Positions 1-9,574 of a stretch of 64,000 nucleotides of DNA are shown piece by piece. The translations under genes and the position numbers were made by a program. The DNA is from an uncultured virus (IMG/VR IMGVR_UViG_3300021963_000039) (taxonomy: Duplodnaviria; Heunggongvirae; Uroviricota; Caudoviricetes). The number at the start of each line of letters is the position of its first letter. Position 1 is the stretch's first letter. Below the pieces are notes generated by a model. The model saw only the letters and a list, made by a program, of their open reading frames with translations. It was not told where the DNA came from and did no database searches. The stretch is from the IMG/VR virus record IMGVR_UViG_3300021963_000039. One strand, written 5' to 3'.

Positions 1-150
1 CCTTATTTCGCAATAAAGAGTTTTCATCCTCACCAGTTTCTTTCCAATTCTCATAATCCTCAATAATCTTCCAGAGGTCTTCCTCATTCATAGAATTGAC
101 GAAACTCTCAATTGTTAGGTATTTCATCAGGTCTTTGTGTGTATGAGTGC

Positions 151-207
151 ATTATAGGGCATCTGGTGCCCCTGTGGAGGGGTGTCTGTGCCGGTTCTTC
201 AAGTGTC
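151..207 (-). promoter_or_regulatory. Repeated early-promoter motif, copy 1
   Basis: Minus strand reads GACACTTGAAGAACCGGCACAG...GCCCTATAAT. The GGCAC box lies 36-37 nt from TATAAT in the five copies measured. Confidence 0.75.
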
Positions 208-300
208 TTCTGTTCTTCAAGGATTGTTTCAAAAATCATTCTGGTGTAGCTTTCTGTTGCTCCCCAGTGTCTTGCTAATCTTATAATGTCTTTATCTTTA

Positions 301-543
301 TTAGTCATCGTTCTTCACCCAGTTACAATCTAAAAATACTTTCATCCAGAACCTCACCCAAGCATTAGGAACTTTACCTTCTTCTGGTGTCCAAGTGATG
401 GAAGAAAATGAGGCATTACCACCAAAAAGGTAGCAGGTATAGTTAGATTGTTTTGGTTGGTGAATAAAAAGATAATCGTTGGGAATTGGGAATACACCAT
501 CTTCATTTGATTGTTTCATATCATGTGGTTTTGGGTCAGTCAT
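301..543 (-). CDS. Hypothetical early protein (start re-assigned to MTDPKP)
   Basis: ORF in a tightly packed, overlapping co-directional array. Confidence 0.55.
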   Translation of the reverse strand: MTDPKPHDMKQSNEDGVFPIPNDYLFIHQPKQSNYTCYLFGGNASFSSITWTPEEGKVPNAWVRFWMKVFLDCNWVKNDD

Positions 544-1015
544 AAGGAATCCATTCGGCAAAACTAAAGATATAAGCAAGTCCCCATTCTAATGTATGAG
601 GTGGTAGTTCGTCAATATGATTAAACGCAAGTCGTCTTGCTTCCAAGATGCGTTCTTTACCTACCGCAAGTAGATTTGCTTTAGAGCCTTTGAGAAACTC
701 ATTATAATCTGCCTGATTATTCTGTTTCGCACCAGAGATATACAATCGTCTCATTTCAGTCATAAGTTCTGCGGTTTCGGGCGAAAATGTAATCACTTCT
801 TCCCCCAAAGGGATTTCCATAGTTTTCATACATTTCATGGAAAACTTCATAGAATTTCTGGTTTCTTCTACTGATAAGGCATCTTCATCCTCATCACGAA
901 ACTTATACTGAATACACCCATTTGATGTTTCTATGACCCTCAACAGAGCAATCTTGTCCTTCTCTGCGTCAGGTAGTGCTTGAAATCTTGCGTCCCAGTC
1001 AATCATTGTTCCCAT
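536..1015 (-). CDS. Hypothetical protein
   Basis: 159-aa ORF with phage-like composition. Confidence 0.7.
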   Translation of the reverse strand: MGTMIDWDARFQALPDAEKDKIALLRVIETSNGCIQYKFRDEDEDALSVEETRNSMKFSMKCMKTMEIPLGEEVITFSPETAELMTEMRRLYISGAKQNNQADYNEFLKGSKANLLAVGKERILEARRLAFNHIDELPPHTLEWGLAYIFSFAEWIPYD

Positions 1016-1150
1016 ATAATTTGGTGCGATAATTTGTCTCTTAATGAATTAATTCTTTCGTCATCATACTGCTGAAAATTTCCTTTCTTCTCTATTTTTT
1101 TGTAATAATGTAGAGCATTTATAATTATGCCATAATCTTCCATCGTAATA

Positions 1151-1384
1151 TCAATTTTCATAACTCAATTGAATAATCTTTGATATATCTATTGTTGCGA
1201 AGAATGTCTGTAATCCTACAATATCCCAAGTTTTAATTTTAACACAAAACGGAACCATTGCCAATCCACCAATCAAACGAAAATAACACCCCAACTTTAC
1301 ATCCACATAAAGAAGAATGAAGTATCCAACTAATAAAAGAATACTACCAATAATACGAAGAGATGCTGATGTTAATTTAATCAC
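1151..1384 (-). CDS. Small membrane protein
   Basis: 77 aa with 2-3 hydrophobic segments. Confidence 0.6.
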   Translation of the reverse strand: MIKLTSASLRIIGSILLLVGYFILLYVDVKLGCYFRLIGGLAMVPFCVKIKTWDIVGLQTFFATIDISKIIQLSYEN

Positions 1385-1566
1385 ATTTTCATTTTTAATA
1401 CTTTTGCCGTTACTTCTTGTTGTTTCATATACAACTTTAGCATACCTTTGAGTGAAATCTGTAGTTCTTCTACATTCTCACAATTATCAATATTTCTTGC
1501 TAATTTTTCATACTCAAACATCTTTGAGGGATTTGTGAGTATAATATCATCTGGATGTCCCATCAT
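1381..1566 (-). CDS. Hypothetical protein
   Basis: Short helical ORF overlapping its neighbours. Confidence 0.55.
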   Translation of the reverse strand: MMGHPDDIILTNPSKMFEYEKLARNIDNCENVEELQISLKGMLKLYMKQQEVTAKVLKMKM

Positions 1567-1750
1567 TTTTCTTATAAAACTCTATTTTAAGTTGAGTAAT
1601 GAGTAAATCAACTTTATCTTCAATACGAGTAAGTCGTTCCTCAACAGTATCTATACGATACTCATCAATTGCTTCTTTTTTAACTGAATACGGGTCAATC
1701 GTTGCCATAGTTCCTTGTAGTGAATTGAGTAGTTGTTCGTTATTAGTCAT
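1547..1750 (-). CDS. Hypothetical coiled-coil protein
   Basis: ORF in packed array. Confidence 0.55.
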   Translation of the reverse strand: MTNNEQLLNSLQGTMATIDPYSVKKEAIDEYRIDTVEERLTRIEDKVDLLITQLKIEFYKKNDGTSR

Positions 1751-1913
1751 TATCGTATCCCAGTATCAAAGAGGTTTTTGAGTTCGTGATAGACAAGTTT
1801 CAGTTCTTTATCAACTCCAAGTTTATCATTCTTTCTTTCATAATCTAAAATCTGATAGAGTTCCCTTGCCTGTTCTTCTGTGAGTGTGAGCAAATAGTTT
1901 TTCTGGATTTCAA

Positions 1914-2117
1914 TCATTTTAGTTTCTCCATAAACTCATCATAAGACAAATCAACAAAATCTTCATAATACAATTTATTCACAATTTTATTCACCACTTC
2001 TAAATCAAAATATTTTTCTAATTGAGTTCTGGTTTCGCAGGATACTCTTCCGTGTCCGTCGTGAGTTGTTTTTAGTTTTTCAAAGGAACTCATATCAAAA
2101 ATATTAGTATCAGTCAT
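1914..2117 (-). CDS. Hypothetical protein
   Basis: ORF in packed array. Confidence 0.55.
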   Translation of the reverse strand: MTDTNIFDMSSFEKLKTTHDGHGRVSCETRTQLEKYFDLEVVNKIVNKLYYEDFVDLSYDEFMEKLK

Positions 2118-2273
2118 TCTTCATCTCCAAATCTAAAAGGATAAAGTTTTTTCACACCACCAGAAGCATACTTGATTTCATCTTCTAATTGACGAATATA
2201 GACAAAAATTGAGTATGAAACCTCAAAGTGCTCTAACTCTTTGGTCTCATTATTATAGCACGAAATGTAGGAT

Positions 2274-2507
2274 TTACTCATTATCTAACACTTCATCAAG
2301 TTCTTGAATATTACTCTCAAATTTTATAAAGTTCAAGTTATACAACATCTCAAAAAGTTCAGTTTTCTCATCCATTAATTCATTACGATAATTAACACTA
2401 AAACATAATTCAAGTTTTTCATCTGGATGATTTAACTCTTGTTTAATATCTTCATATCTTTTAGATAGTATGGTCTCACACCTTTCAATCGTTTCTATGA
2501 GTTTCAT
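2274..2507 (-). CDS. Hypothetical protein
   Basis: ATGA overlap with upstream ORF. Confidence 0.55.
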   Translation of the reverse strand: MKLIETIERCETILSKRYEDIKQELNHPDEKLELCFSVNYRNELMDEKTELFEMLYNLNFIKFESNIQELDEVLDNE

Positions 2508-2698
2508 TTCAGTTCCTCAATAATAGATTTGATTTGTTTGAGATTATCATAAAGTTCTTTTTGAAAATCATAACATTCAGTCAAATGGTCTATGTTGTTG
2601 TCCTCAAAGTTAGTTTCCTCACGGATTTCCCAAGACAAACCATCCATATCTGCTGCGGTTTCTGTGAGAAAGTATTCAAGTGTTTCAAGTAAAGTCAT
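2504..2698 (-). CDS. Hypothetical acidic protein
   Basis: ATGA-coupled ORF. Confidence 0.55.
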   Translation of the reverse strand: MTLLETLEYFLTETAADMDGLSWEIREETNFEDNNIDHLTECYDFQKELYDNLKQIKSIIEELK

Positions 2699-2892
2699 AA
2701 TACCTCATTATCAAAGTTGTTTAGATAGTTCCAAAACCACAACATATCATCATCACTCACATATTCCTCATACCTTTTACCATATTCACTATAATAAATG
2801 TGAGGATACATTACTCTAAACCACCAATCAAAACACCATCTCCACATCAATCTTCGCAACCAAAACTGTTTGAGATTATATGAAAGTTTCAT
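2695..2892 (-). CDS. Hypothetical Trp-rich protein
   Basis: ATGA-coupled ORF. Confidence 0.5.
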   Translation of the reverse strand: MKLSYNLKQFWLRRLMWRWCFDWWFRVMYPHIYYSEYGKRYEEYVSDDDMLWFWNYLNNFDNEVL

Positions 2893-3074
2893 TTCAATTT
2901 ACTCATACAAATAGAACAGAGACAATCATCAGTTTTAGGAACTCTAAACATTATGTGATTTCCAGAGCAACAATCTCTATCACCACAATTTCTACATTCA
3001 TCACAAATCCATTCTTTTTGATTACGACATTTGACGAAATCTTCAAGAGTGTATTGTTGGAGAATAGAAGTCAT
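2889..3074 (-). CDS. Small Cys-rich (Zn-binding?) protein
   Basis: CDECRNCGDRDCC and CLCSIC clusters. Confidence 0.55.
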   Translation of the reverse strand: MTSILQQYTLEDFVKCRNQKEWICDECRNCGDRDCCSGNHIMFRVPKTDDCLCSICMSKLK

Positions 3075-3256
3075 CGTCCCGAAAGATAAGAGGTTTTCAT
3101 TTTTTGAATGTTCTCCAAGTGCTTATGAAGTTCTTTGATTTTTAGGAGTGTTTCATTCTTTTGAGAAGGATGTGCCGTATCAAGCACTTTACAGAGTTCC
3201 CAATCAATCAGTTCTTCACAATACTCGTAGGTTTCTTTATGAGTAGGCATCACCAT
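3071..3256 (-). CDS. Hypothetical protein
   Basis: ATGA-coupled ORF. Confidence 0.5.
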   Translation of the reverse strand: MVMPTHKETYEYCEELIDWELCKVLDTAHPSQKNETLLKIKELHKHLENIQKMKTSYLSGR

Positions 3257-3432
3257 TCACCATCAAGAGTTCCACCATCGTATCCATTATCATAACCTTT
3301 ATCATAACCATCATCATAACCTTCCTCATAAAGTGCTCGGGCAAACTTCAAAAGGTTTTCTGGTTTGTTTTCATCAATAGGATGAATTGCGAGAAAATGA
3401 GAAGCAAGTTTTAGAAGTTCTTCGTCTTTCAT
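3250..3432 (-). CDS. Hypothetical protein (start MKDEELL)
   Basis: Directly downstream of an early-promoter copy; GYD repeats at the C-terminus. Confidence 0.55.
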   Translation of the reverse strand: MKDEELLKLASHFLAIHPIDENKPENLLKFARALYEEGYDDGYDKGYDNGYDGGTLDGEW

Positions 3433-3452
3433 CGGTTGGTTGCTTATGAGTG

Positions 3453-3510
3453 TATTATAGGGCATCTGGAGGGTCTTGTGGGTGCCTCTGTGCCGGTTTC
3501 TCAAGTGTTC
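3453..3510 (-). promoter_or_regulatory. Repeated early-promoter motif
   Basis: AACACTTGAGAAACCGGCACAG...GATGCCCTATAAT. Confidence 0.75.
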
Positions 3511-3689
3511 TTATAAGGCACTTGTCCGGATTTTTTCCACGGAGAAGTGAATACTAACCATTTCTCAATTCCTGATTTCATTTCTGCGACATAATGCTCC
3601 CCATCATCTGTAATTGCGTCCAAAAAATGTTTCCCAGTAAAAGGGCAAATGGTTCTTGTGATACTTACAAACTTTACTTTTTCAGTCAT
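3501..3689 (-). CDS. Hypothetical protein (start MTEKVKF)
   Basis: ORF ends inside the next promoter motif. Confidence 0.55.
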   Translation of the reverse strand: MTEKVKFVSITRTICPFTGKHFLDAITDDGEHYVAEMKSGIEKWLVFTSPWKKSGQVPYKNT

Positions 3690-3793
3690 TTTTAGAACCA
3701 GCAGAAATAAAACTACCAACAAATACTGCGACAGGAATACTCAAAATAAACCAGAGAATGATAAAGGTCATAGGAGTTTTGTATTTATGTAAG

Positions 3794-3845
3794 TATTATA
3801 GGGCATCAGGGCATCAAAATCAAGTGCCTTGTGCCAGTTCAGTCA
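3794..3845 (-). promoter_or_regulatory. Repeated early-promoter motif
   Basis: AACTGGCACAAG...GATGCCCTATAAT. Confidence 0.7.
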
Positions 3846-4186
3846 TTGGGTAGGGCCTCCAAGGCGCGGCGGATGGTGTTGGCACCGTGGTCGGTTTGAG
3901 AATGGCGAAGGATGTGCTCAAGGGCATTGAGTGCGGATTCCTTCAAACTTGGCGGTTTTGGGCGGCGGGCAGCGCGGAGACCAACTTCAGGGCGACTGCC
4001 GCCAACCAAGCAGCGCCATTGGCTCACCCACTCACAACACGCCTCTAGCTCCTGGTCGGCACCCCATTGGGCGGCTTGCTCTGCTATGTAGCTTTCGTAA
4101 AACCATGTATGTTCGCTGTACTCGGTGCGCTCCATCCATTGGCGCACCAGCTCAGGCGGTGGGGTAATTGGATGCGGGTTACTCAT
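3839..4186 (-). CDS. Hypothetical protein, GC-rich (recent acquisition)
   Basis: 115 aa; visibly more GC-rich than the flanks; lies between two promoter motifs. Confidence 0.7.
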   Translation of the reverse strand: MSNPHPITPPPELVRQWMERTEYSEHTWFYESYIAEQAAQWGADQELEACCEWVSQWRCLVGGSRPEVGLRAARRPKPPSLKESALNALEHILRHSQTDHGANTIRRALEALPND

Positions 4187-4208
4187 AATGTTTCTGTGTG
4201 TATGAGTG

Positions 4209-4266
4209 TATTATACAATAAAAAAGGGTCTCCGTAAAGACCCCTTGTGCCAGTTTCTCAAGTGGT
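4209..4266 (-). promoter_or_regulatory. Repeated early-promoter motif with internal hairpin (also terminator-like)
   Basis: ACCACTTGAGAAACTGGCACAA-GGGGTCT..AGACCC-TTTTTT..TATAAT. Confidence 0.7.
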
Positions 4267-4271
4267 TGTTG

Positions 4272-5186
4272 TCATCGTCTGTATGAAACCTTTTTTACTC
4301 CATGAAAAAAGGACTTTACTCCATTCATCATTCTTTTATAAAGTGGTATTCTTTTTCTTGACATTTCAATAAAAATATATGGAAGATTATACTTCTCAAG
4401 AACTTCTTTTGTCTGCCTACGCAATTCCTCTATCTCCATATTCACTTGGTCTTTATGATGTACTGATGGTTGGAATAATTTGGTTTTTCTTCCCTTCCAA
4501 TTTTTACCCATAGAACCCACAGAAAGACCTTCACTTTCCAAATGAATGACTACAATTTCGGGTAGAAGTTCTCTATCCTTACGGGCAAACTTTTTACACT
4601 GGAGAACATCGGTTCTATCACAATAATCGTGTTGAGTTGGATAGTTAAAAACATTAGAACCTTTTGGATTCCAAAGTTGAAAGTATCCAATCGGTTCATA
4701 TCCTTCATTCTTATTATTATACTCGGCAAGTCTAACTCCAATTGGAAAGGAGTTAAGATGAATATAAACCCATCCTTCCTGTATTTTCTGTGGGTCATTA
4801 ATGAACTCAGCCCATTTCTCATAAGAAGGGCACATCAATCTATCGGCACCATAAATCTTATGAGGTTCTAATGGGATGTTTTCAAGTATGTTTCTTGTAA
4901 GTGGAGGAAGATAGATGTCAGCATCCAAGTGCATTACCCATCCCTTCTTTTCTAATTGAGACAATCCATAGTTGATGGCAGCGCCTTTATTAAAACTGTC
5001 TCCGTTCTCATAAAAAATGTCAGTTTGAATACATCTAACGTGATAATACTCACAAAGTTCTTTGGTTTTTTCGTCTTTTGTATCGGTTATAACAATTAGA
5101 TTATCAAAATGAGTTTTGTTATGTGGCAGAGTGTGTGCTAGAAAATCGCTGTAATTTACGCATACTATAATGCCTTCCAGATACAT
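4272..5186 (-). CDS. GT-A fold (family 2-like) glycosyltransferase
   Basis: N-terminal IIVCVNYSDFL, FNKGAAIN and DxD motif (HLDADIYL). Confidence 0.75.
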   Translation of the reverse strand: MYLEGIIVCVNYSDFLAHTLPHNKTHFDNLIVITDTKDEKTKELCEYYHVRCIQTDIFYENGDSFNKGAAINYGLSQLEKKGWVMHLDADIYLPPLTRNILENIPLEPHKIYGADRLMCPSYEKWAEFINDPQKIQEGWVYIHLNSFPIGVRLAEYNNKNEGYEPIGYFQLWNPKGSNVFNYPTQHDYCDRTDVLQCKKFARKDRELLPEIVVIHLESEGLSVGSMGKNWKGRKTKLFQPSVHHKDQVNMEIEELRRQTKEVLEKYNLPYIFIEMSRKRIPLYKRMMNGVKSFFHGVKKVSYRR

Positions 5187-5449
5187 TGGAACATCTACTA
5201 TAGCGGGTCAAAACTATTTAGATTTTTGTGGTTTCAGTTCACTTTTCTGTTTGGACTTTTGAGTAATCCCCGGATAGAATTATCATTCTTGGTGAAATTC
5301 TTCCTTCGGCAGCAGGAGGTTCCATAATTACATAATTATCGCCAATATAGACGATGTATCCCTCCATTTCACGATAAACCACAGACTGATTAAGCACGAA
5401 CATCTTTAATATACTCCAAAATATTCAATCAAAATGATTTAATCTTTAC

Positions 5450-5740
5450 TCACACAAAGCATTTCTCCAGTATTGTTTGGTGAATTGGCATAGCAGTATA
5501 ATTTCGTGTGTCCTCATACCGAACCTCTTTGCCGATTGTAATGCTGTTTACTGGGGAAAAATACTTTCTTTTTTTAGAAGAGTAAAATCCCCAGACACTT
5601 CTTGTCGGTTTTCCGTTATTATAATCAAACTTGCGAGTACAATTTAACCAAATGCGAATTACTCCCGACTTATAATCCTCAAAAGAATAAAAATACTGCT
5701 CTGGAGCAATATGGTCGAATGGAATATCAAGATTTTTCAT
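5450..5740 (-). CDS. Conserved cyanophage hypothetical protein
   Basis: SVWGFY..K..KYFSP.NS motif I associate with cyanomyovirus ORFs. Confidence 0.65.
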   Translation of the reverse strand: MKNLDIPFDHIAPEQYFYSFEDYKSGVIRIWLNCTRKFDYNNGKPTRSVWGFYSSKKRKYFSPVNSITIGKEVRYEDTRNYTAMPIHQTILEKCFV

Positions 5741-5994
5741 CAGGTCGTGAATGCTTCTACTACTCGTGAGGTTTCGTCTTCGACAAGAGCAAACTTTCGG
5801 GAATTGACTACTTCTTTCATAATCAAACTATCATAATTATTGAGATATTCATCCCTCCAGTTCAGTAGAATATCGTGAACTTCGTTATCATCCTTACCAA
5901 TAACTGCGATAAGTCCAGAGTACTCACTTGCGGGAAAAGGAACCCAAAAATCTACCAGATACAGATACTTCATCGTGTGTTGTGAATTACTCAT
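5740..5994 (-). CDS. Conserved cyanophage hypothetical protein
   Basis: YLVDFWVPFP.SEY.GL motif. Confidence 0.65.
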   Translation of the reverse strand: MSNSQHTMKYLYLVDFWVPFPASEYSGLIAVIGKDDNEVHDILLNWRDEYLNNYDSLIMKEVVNSRKFALVEDETSRVVEAFTT

Positions 5995-6153
5995 TAATTT
6001 TAGACTGAAATTGCTGATTTGTCAACTGCCTTTGTAGTTCATACTGAAGTAAAACCAAATGAAAATGGAGAAATTGCTCGCACTCATTTCCCTCAAGTAA
6101 GGACATTAGATTATGAACTTGTTCTAATGCGAGAATTAGTCGAATTGATGAGT

Positions 6154-6336
6154 TCATTTGGCAGGTGGCGGTAGTTGTGGTTTTGCCATCTCAATTGTGG
6201 TCTTCTGTAGATTTACCATTCCTCCATTTAGAACATCAGCGATTGGTCCAAATCCAACTGTAGCGGCGATAATACCAAAGACTGTTCCAGCGATAAAGTT
6301 AATCATTTTAAAGAAACTCCTCAACAAAGTAATCAA
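6154..6336 (-). CDS. Small membrane protein
   Basis: Hydrophobic N-terminal half; true start probably MINFIAG. Confidence 0.5.
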   Translation of the reverse strand: MITLLRSFFKMINFIAGTVFGIIAATVGFGPIADVLNGGMVNLQKTTIEMAKPQLPPPAK

Positions 6337-6441
6337 CCGTCAATTCCATTTTGGCGGCGGTGTTTTCAATAAACTCATCCAGAATTTCCGGAGAATCTTC
6401 CTGAATGATACGGTAATAAGAATACCAAAGGTCAGTAGGAA

Positions 6442-6906
6442 TCATAGTGTGTTTAGAAGGCGATTGGGAAAGTATTTAATTGTTTTTGGATATTTTTCTG
6501 CGATGTATTCATCATACAGAACTTTTTCTTGAGAGTGTGCCTCTATTTCGTGTTTTTGATCCATATACTCATAATCCTCCATACACTCACCATTAAAGTA
6601 TCTTTTGGATGATTTGAATTTGAGTTCTCCTTTTACCCACTGCTGAAGATGTACCAACTCGTGGAGTAAAACTGTAATATAAGTATCCCGATTCATATGA
6701 GTATTCATCTCAATCAAAAAACTGCGAGGTCTATAGGTTTTATCCGCAACATCACAATATCCTAGTGCTCCTTCGCGGTTTAATCCACGATGAAGAACCT
6801 CGATTTCCAATTTATGTCGTGGAAAATACTTGGATACAAACCAGCATACCACATCCTTACATAGACGCTTTGAGTACCCATAACCCGTAGTTTCAAGAAA
6901 AATCAT
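6442..6906 (-). CDS. Zn metallopeptidase-like protein (HExxH)
   Basis: LLHELVHLQQW plus downstream EIEA motif. Confidence 0.7.
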   Translation of the reverse strand: MIFLETTGYGYSKRLCKDVVCWFVSKYFPRHKLEIEVLHRGLNREGALGYCDVADKTYRPRSFLIEMNTHMNRDTYITVLLHELVHLQQWVKGELKFKSSKRYFNGECMEDYEYMDQKHEIEAHSQEKVLYDEYIAEKYPKTIKYFPNRLLNTL

Positions 6907-7012
6907 TAGAATAAGGAGTTTAGAGTGACATTACAAATACGAACTCCCCAGTTCATAAAAATACAAAATGAGGAGACAAAGACAAGACGATCAAAATTAC
7001 TCATTTTCATAA

Positions 7013-7444
7013 TTAACAGGCGAAAGAAAGACCTCCAAGACCCACACCAAGTGCGGTTGCCCATCCACGATTATTGCGATTGTTATTGGTACTAGTCATC
7101 GAGCGACCGATTGCTCCACCAATTACAGCACCTAATAGAGTACGAGTGGGATTACAATTTGGATTGCTGCGGCGACCATAATATCCTCCATTATTGTACC
7201 CATTATACCCATTATAACCGTTGTATCCACGATTATAGTAGGCACCACTATTGATTTGATTACATGGAACATTAAAAGACTGAACGCTTACACCACCAGA
7301 ATAGTAGTTTCCATACCTGTCGTATCCTCCGGGTTGGTATACCTCCTGATATTGAGTACAGACACCAAACTGATTAACCTGTTGTGCCTGTGCCGGAACA
7401 GCAGAGAAGAGTGTGAGAGGAAGTAGTAGAAGAAGTTGTTTCAT
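7013..7444 (-). CDS. Signal-peptide protein with C-terminal glycine zipper
   Basis: MKQLLLLL..AQA signal; LLGAVIGGAIG / ALGVGLGG zipper; GYN repeats. Confidence 0.65.
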   Translation of the reverse strand: MKQLLLLLPLTLFSAVPAQAQQVNQFGVCTQYQEVYQPGGYDRYGNYYSGGVSVQSFNVPCNQINSGAYYNRGYNGYNGYNGYNNGGYYGRRSNPNCNPTRTLLGAVIGGAIGRSMTSTNNNRNNRGWATALGVGLGGLSFAC

Positions 7445-7734
7445 GGAACAGCGTAAATTGTATCTAGAGGAGTTTTAATGATAATTCTAGATGCTTTTGC
7501 CTTTCTAACTGCCATTCGGACTGCGGTTTTCTCTGCTTTTGATTCTGCCCCAAGAACATCATACAAATCATCATGAAGGCGAATGTATTTTGCTCCTTTT
7601 TTAATAAGAGAGTTGATAATCAAGGTTGTGGCAACATCAAAAGCGGCAACATAGTCACCAGAGGCAGAAGGTTTGAATGAATACATGATAAAATTCTCAA
7701 CGAAGGTAAAGGTATGAAGATGCCCAGTCGGCAT
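7441..7734 (-). CDS. Hypothetical protein
   Basis: ORF; start probably internal (MYSFKP). Confidence 0.5.
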   Translation of the reverse strand: MPTGHLHTFTFVENFIMYSFKPSASGDYVAAFDVATTLIINSLIKKGAKYIRLHDDLYDVLGAESKAEKTAVRMAVRKAKASRIIIKTPLDTIYAVP

Positions 7735-8161
7735 TTTGTAGTAACCACTCCCGGTCTTTAATTAGAAGAAGGTTATACCTTTCTCCCGCTGCCGGTGCCT
7801 TCCATGAACTTGACTTAAAAACTCCACCAGACTTCTTATTTATGAAAGCATGACAAGAACGGGAAGGAGAACGATCCGGACCATTATCAATCACCATCAC
7901 AATCTTATGATACTTACGACCACTCTCAATCACAAAGTCATAGTTGGATTTGCCATCCTTCAGGTCGGCAATACATTTCTCATGATATTCGGCACTTTCA
8001 TCGGGATGCCTTTCCAGATTACCCCGATGACTGCGAATGGAGTAGTCAATAAAGTTCTGCCGTAGTGCCTCACAAAGTGCCAGAGTGTGCTTCAGGACAT
8101 TCTCTGTGATTTGCTCTCTGGCGGGGGCAGAAGCGGCATAGTCAGCGAAGGTGGTCGTCAT
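7697..8161 (-). CDS. Conserved phage hypothetical early protein (start MTTTFAD)
   Basis: GRKYHKIV...HAFI.KK.G.V.K..SWKAPA motif; follows promoter motif. Confidence 0.7.
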   Translation of the reverse strand: MTTTFADYAASAPAREQITENVLKHTLALCEALRQNFIDYSIRSHRGNLERHPDESAEYHEKCIADLKDGKSNYDFVIESGRKYHKIVMVIDNGPDRSPSRSCHAFINKKSGGVFKSSSWKAPAAGERYNLLLIKDREWLLQNADWASSYLYLR

Positions 8162-8182
8162 CGGTGTTCCGTTGTATGAACC

Positions 8183-8240
8183 TATTATAGGGCATCCAGA
8201 GGGGTCGGGAGTGCCATGTGTGCCAGTTCTTCTTCTGCAC
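8183..8240 (-). promoter_or_regulatory. Repeated early-promoter motif
   Basis: CAGAAGAAGAACTGGCACACA...GATGCCCTATAAT. Confidence 0.7.
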
Positions 8241-9063
8241 ATCGTCTGGTTGCGATTTCTGTGTAGTGAGAACTGAGATCAATACCAACAAAGTTTCTAT
8301 TTTCCTGAATAGCAGCAACTCCAGTTGTTCCACTACCACAGAACGGATCTAGAACTGTAGAAGTAATAGGAGAATATATTTTAATCAAATAATTCATCAA
8401 ACTGACTGGTTTTACAGTAGGATGATCATTATCATTTCCCTTTTCTTTGCGTGTGGCACGGGGAGCATAGAAATACTTTTGTTCTTCTGGTTTTACCTCG
8501 CCAATAATATTGGAAGGATATCGTCCAGAAGGATTTGCGTCTACTGTACCATACTCAGTACCAGTTCCCTTAGTATTACCTTCTTTACCAAAGGTACGAC
8601 GCTTAGCTCCTTGTGCCACCCAACCTGTAGGCGGTTTCTTATCCCACGGTACACGAGTATTCTCGGTATCAATCAAACCGCAACCCCACTGCTCAAAGTT
8701 AGATTTCAGTGTACCCTTATATGGTTTTTGTGCTACTACTATTGGTTCATGTGCTGGTTTCAGACGATTGTACTTTGGCATCTTGGTAGTAGTCATCCAC
8801 ATAATCTGATCTTTAATCTGAAATCCGGCATCTTCTACATTACACGCTAGACGATGGTACAATTCAGGAGAACAAAATGCCAAGCAAAAAGCACCTGGAC
8901 GAAGTGTACGATACACTTCGCGCCAGATGTCTACACTAGGTACAGAATGGTCCCAATGATCCATTCCCATACCGTAGGGGGAATCTGTAATACAGGAATG
9001 AAAAAAGTTCTCGCCATAAGAGGAGAGAATATCTTGACAATCACCAGTTAAAATTGAGTACAT
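8185..9063 (-). CDS. DNA N6-adenine/N4-cytosine methyltransferase (beta class)
   Basis: Motif IV-like TDSPY, HPTVKP, then motif I VLDPFCGSGTTG; start re-assigned to MYSILTGD. Confidence 0.9.
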   Translation of the reverse strand: MYSILTGDCQDILSSYGENFFHSCITDSPYGMGMDHWDHSVPSVDIWREVYRTLRPGAFCLAFCSPELYHRLACNVEDAGFQIKDQIMWMTTTKMPKYNRLKPAHEPIVVAQKPYKGTLKSNFEQWGCGLIDTENTRVPWDKKPPTGWVAQGAKRRTFGKEGNTKGTGTEYGTVDANPSGRYPSNIIGEVKPEEQKYFYAPRATRKEKGNDNDHPTVKPVSLMNYLIKIYSPITSTVLDPFCGSGTTGVAAIQENRNFVGIDLSSHYTEIATRRCAEEELAHMALPTPLDAL

Positions 9064-9574
9064 TTTGTTCACAGAGTTGACGGTCTTTATGCTTGAAGTA
9101 ATTAGTGCGGCGCCACCCACCGTTTTGAACGAACATGTTACGGATGTAGAAATCAAATCCACGATCATCATCTTGCCATTCGGGTAAGGATTGATATTTA
9201 AGAAGTACTTTATTCAGTTCCTCGATGAGACAAGAAAACAGTTCACGCTTACGTTTATTGACTACATCACCAGAAAAAAAGATGGTAGTCTCATTATACT
9301 TTTTACTACTGAAAATGTAAACTACTTCATGTTTAGGAAGACCGCCGTTATATGTTGGATATGCTTGCTTACTAGACTTACACTCGATATCAACTACACG
9401 ACCATTTGGTAGTGTTACGCGAAAATCTGGAGATGCTTGGGACCCATTGGGTTGATAAACATATTTATATCCACATTTGTCAAGCAATTCCATAACTTGA
9501 AATTCGTGAAGTGGATTGTCTTGACTATTTGATTTATAAGGAAGAATGAGAACGTCTTGCCAGAATTGTTTCAT
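9041..9574 (-). CDS. PD-(D/E)XK nuclease, putative type II restriction endonuclease
   Basis: QPNGSQASPDFRV...DIECKS catalytic motif; overlaps the MTase start. Confidence 0.7.
   Translation of the reverse strand: MKQFWQDVLILPYKSNSQDNPLHEFQVMELLDKCGYKYVYQPNGSQASPDFRVTLPNGRVVDIECKSSKQAYPTYNGGLPKHEVVYIFSSKKYNETTIFFSGDVVNKRKRELFSCLIEELNKVLLKYQSLPEWQDDDRGFDFYIRNMFVQNGGWRRTNYFKHKDRQLCEQNVLNFNW

Noticed and set aside
7185..7240. GYN tandem repeat as a regulatory repeat
   Set aside because: Low-complexity coding sequence within a signal-peptide protein.
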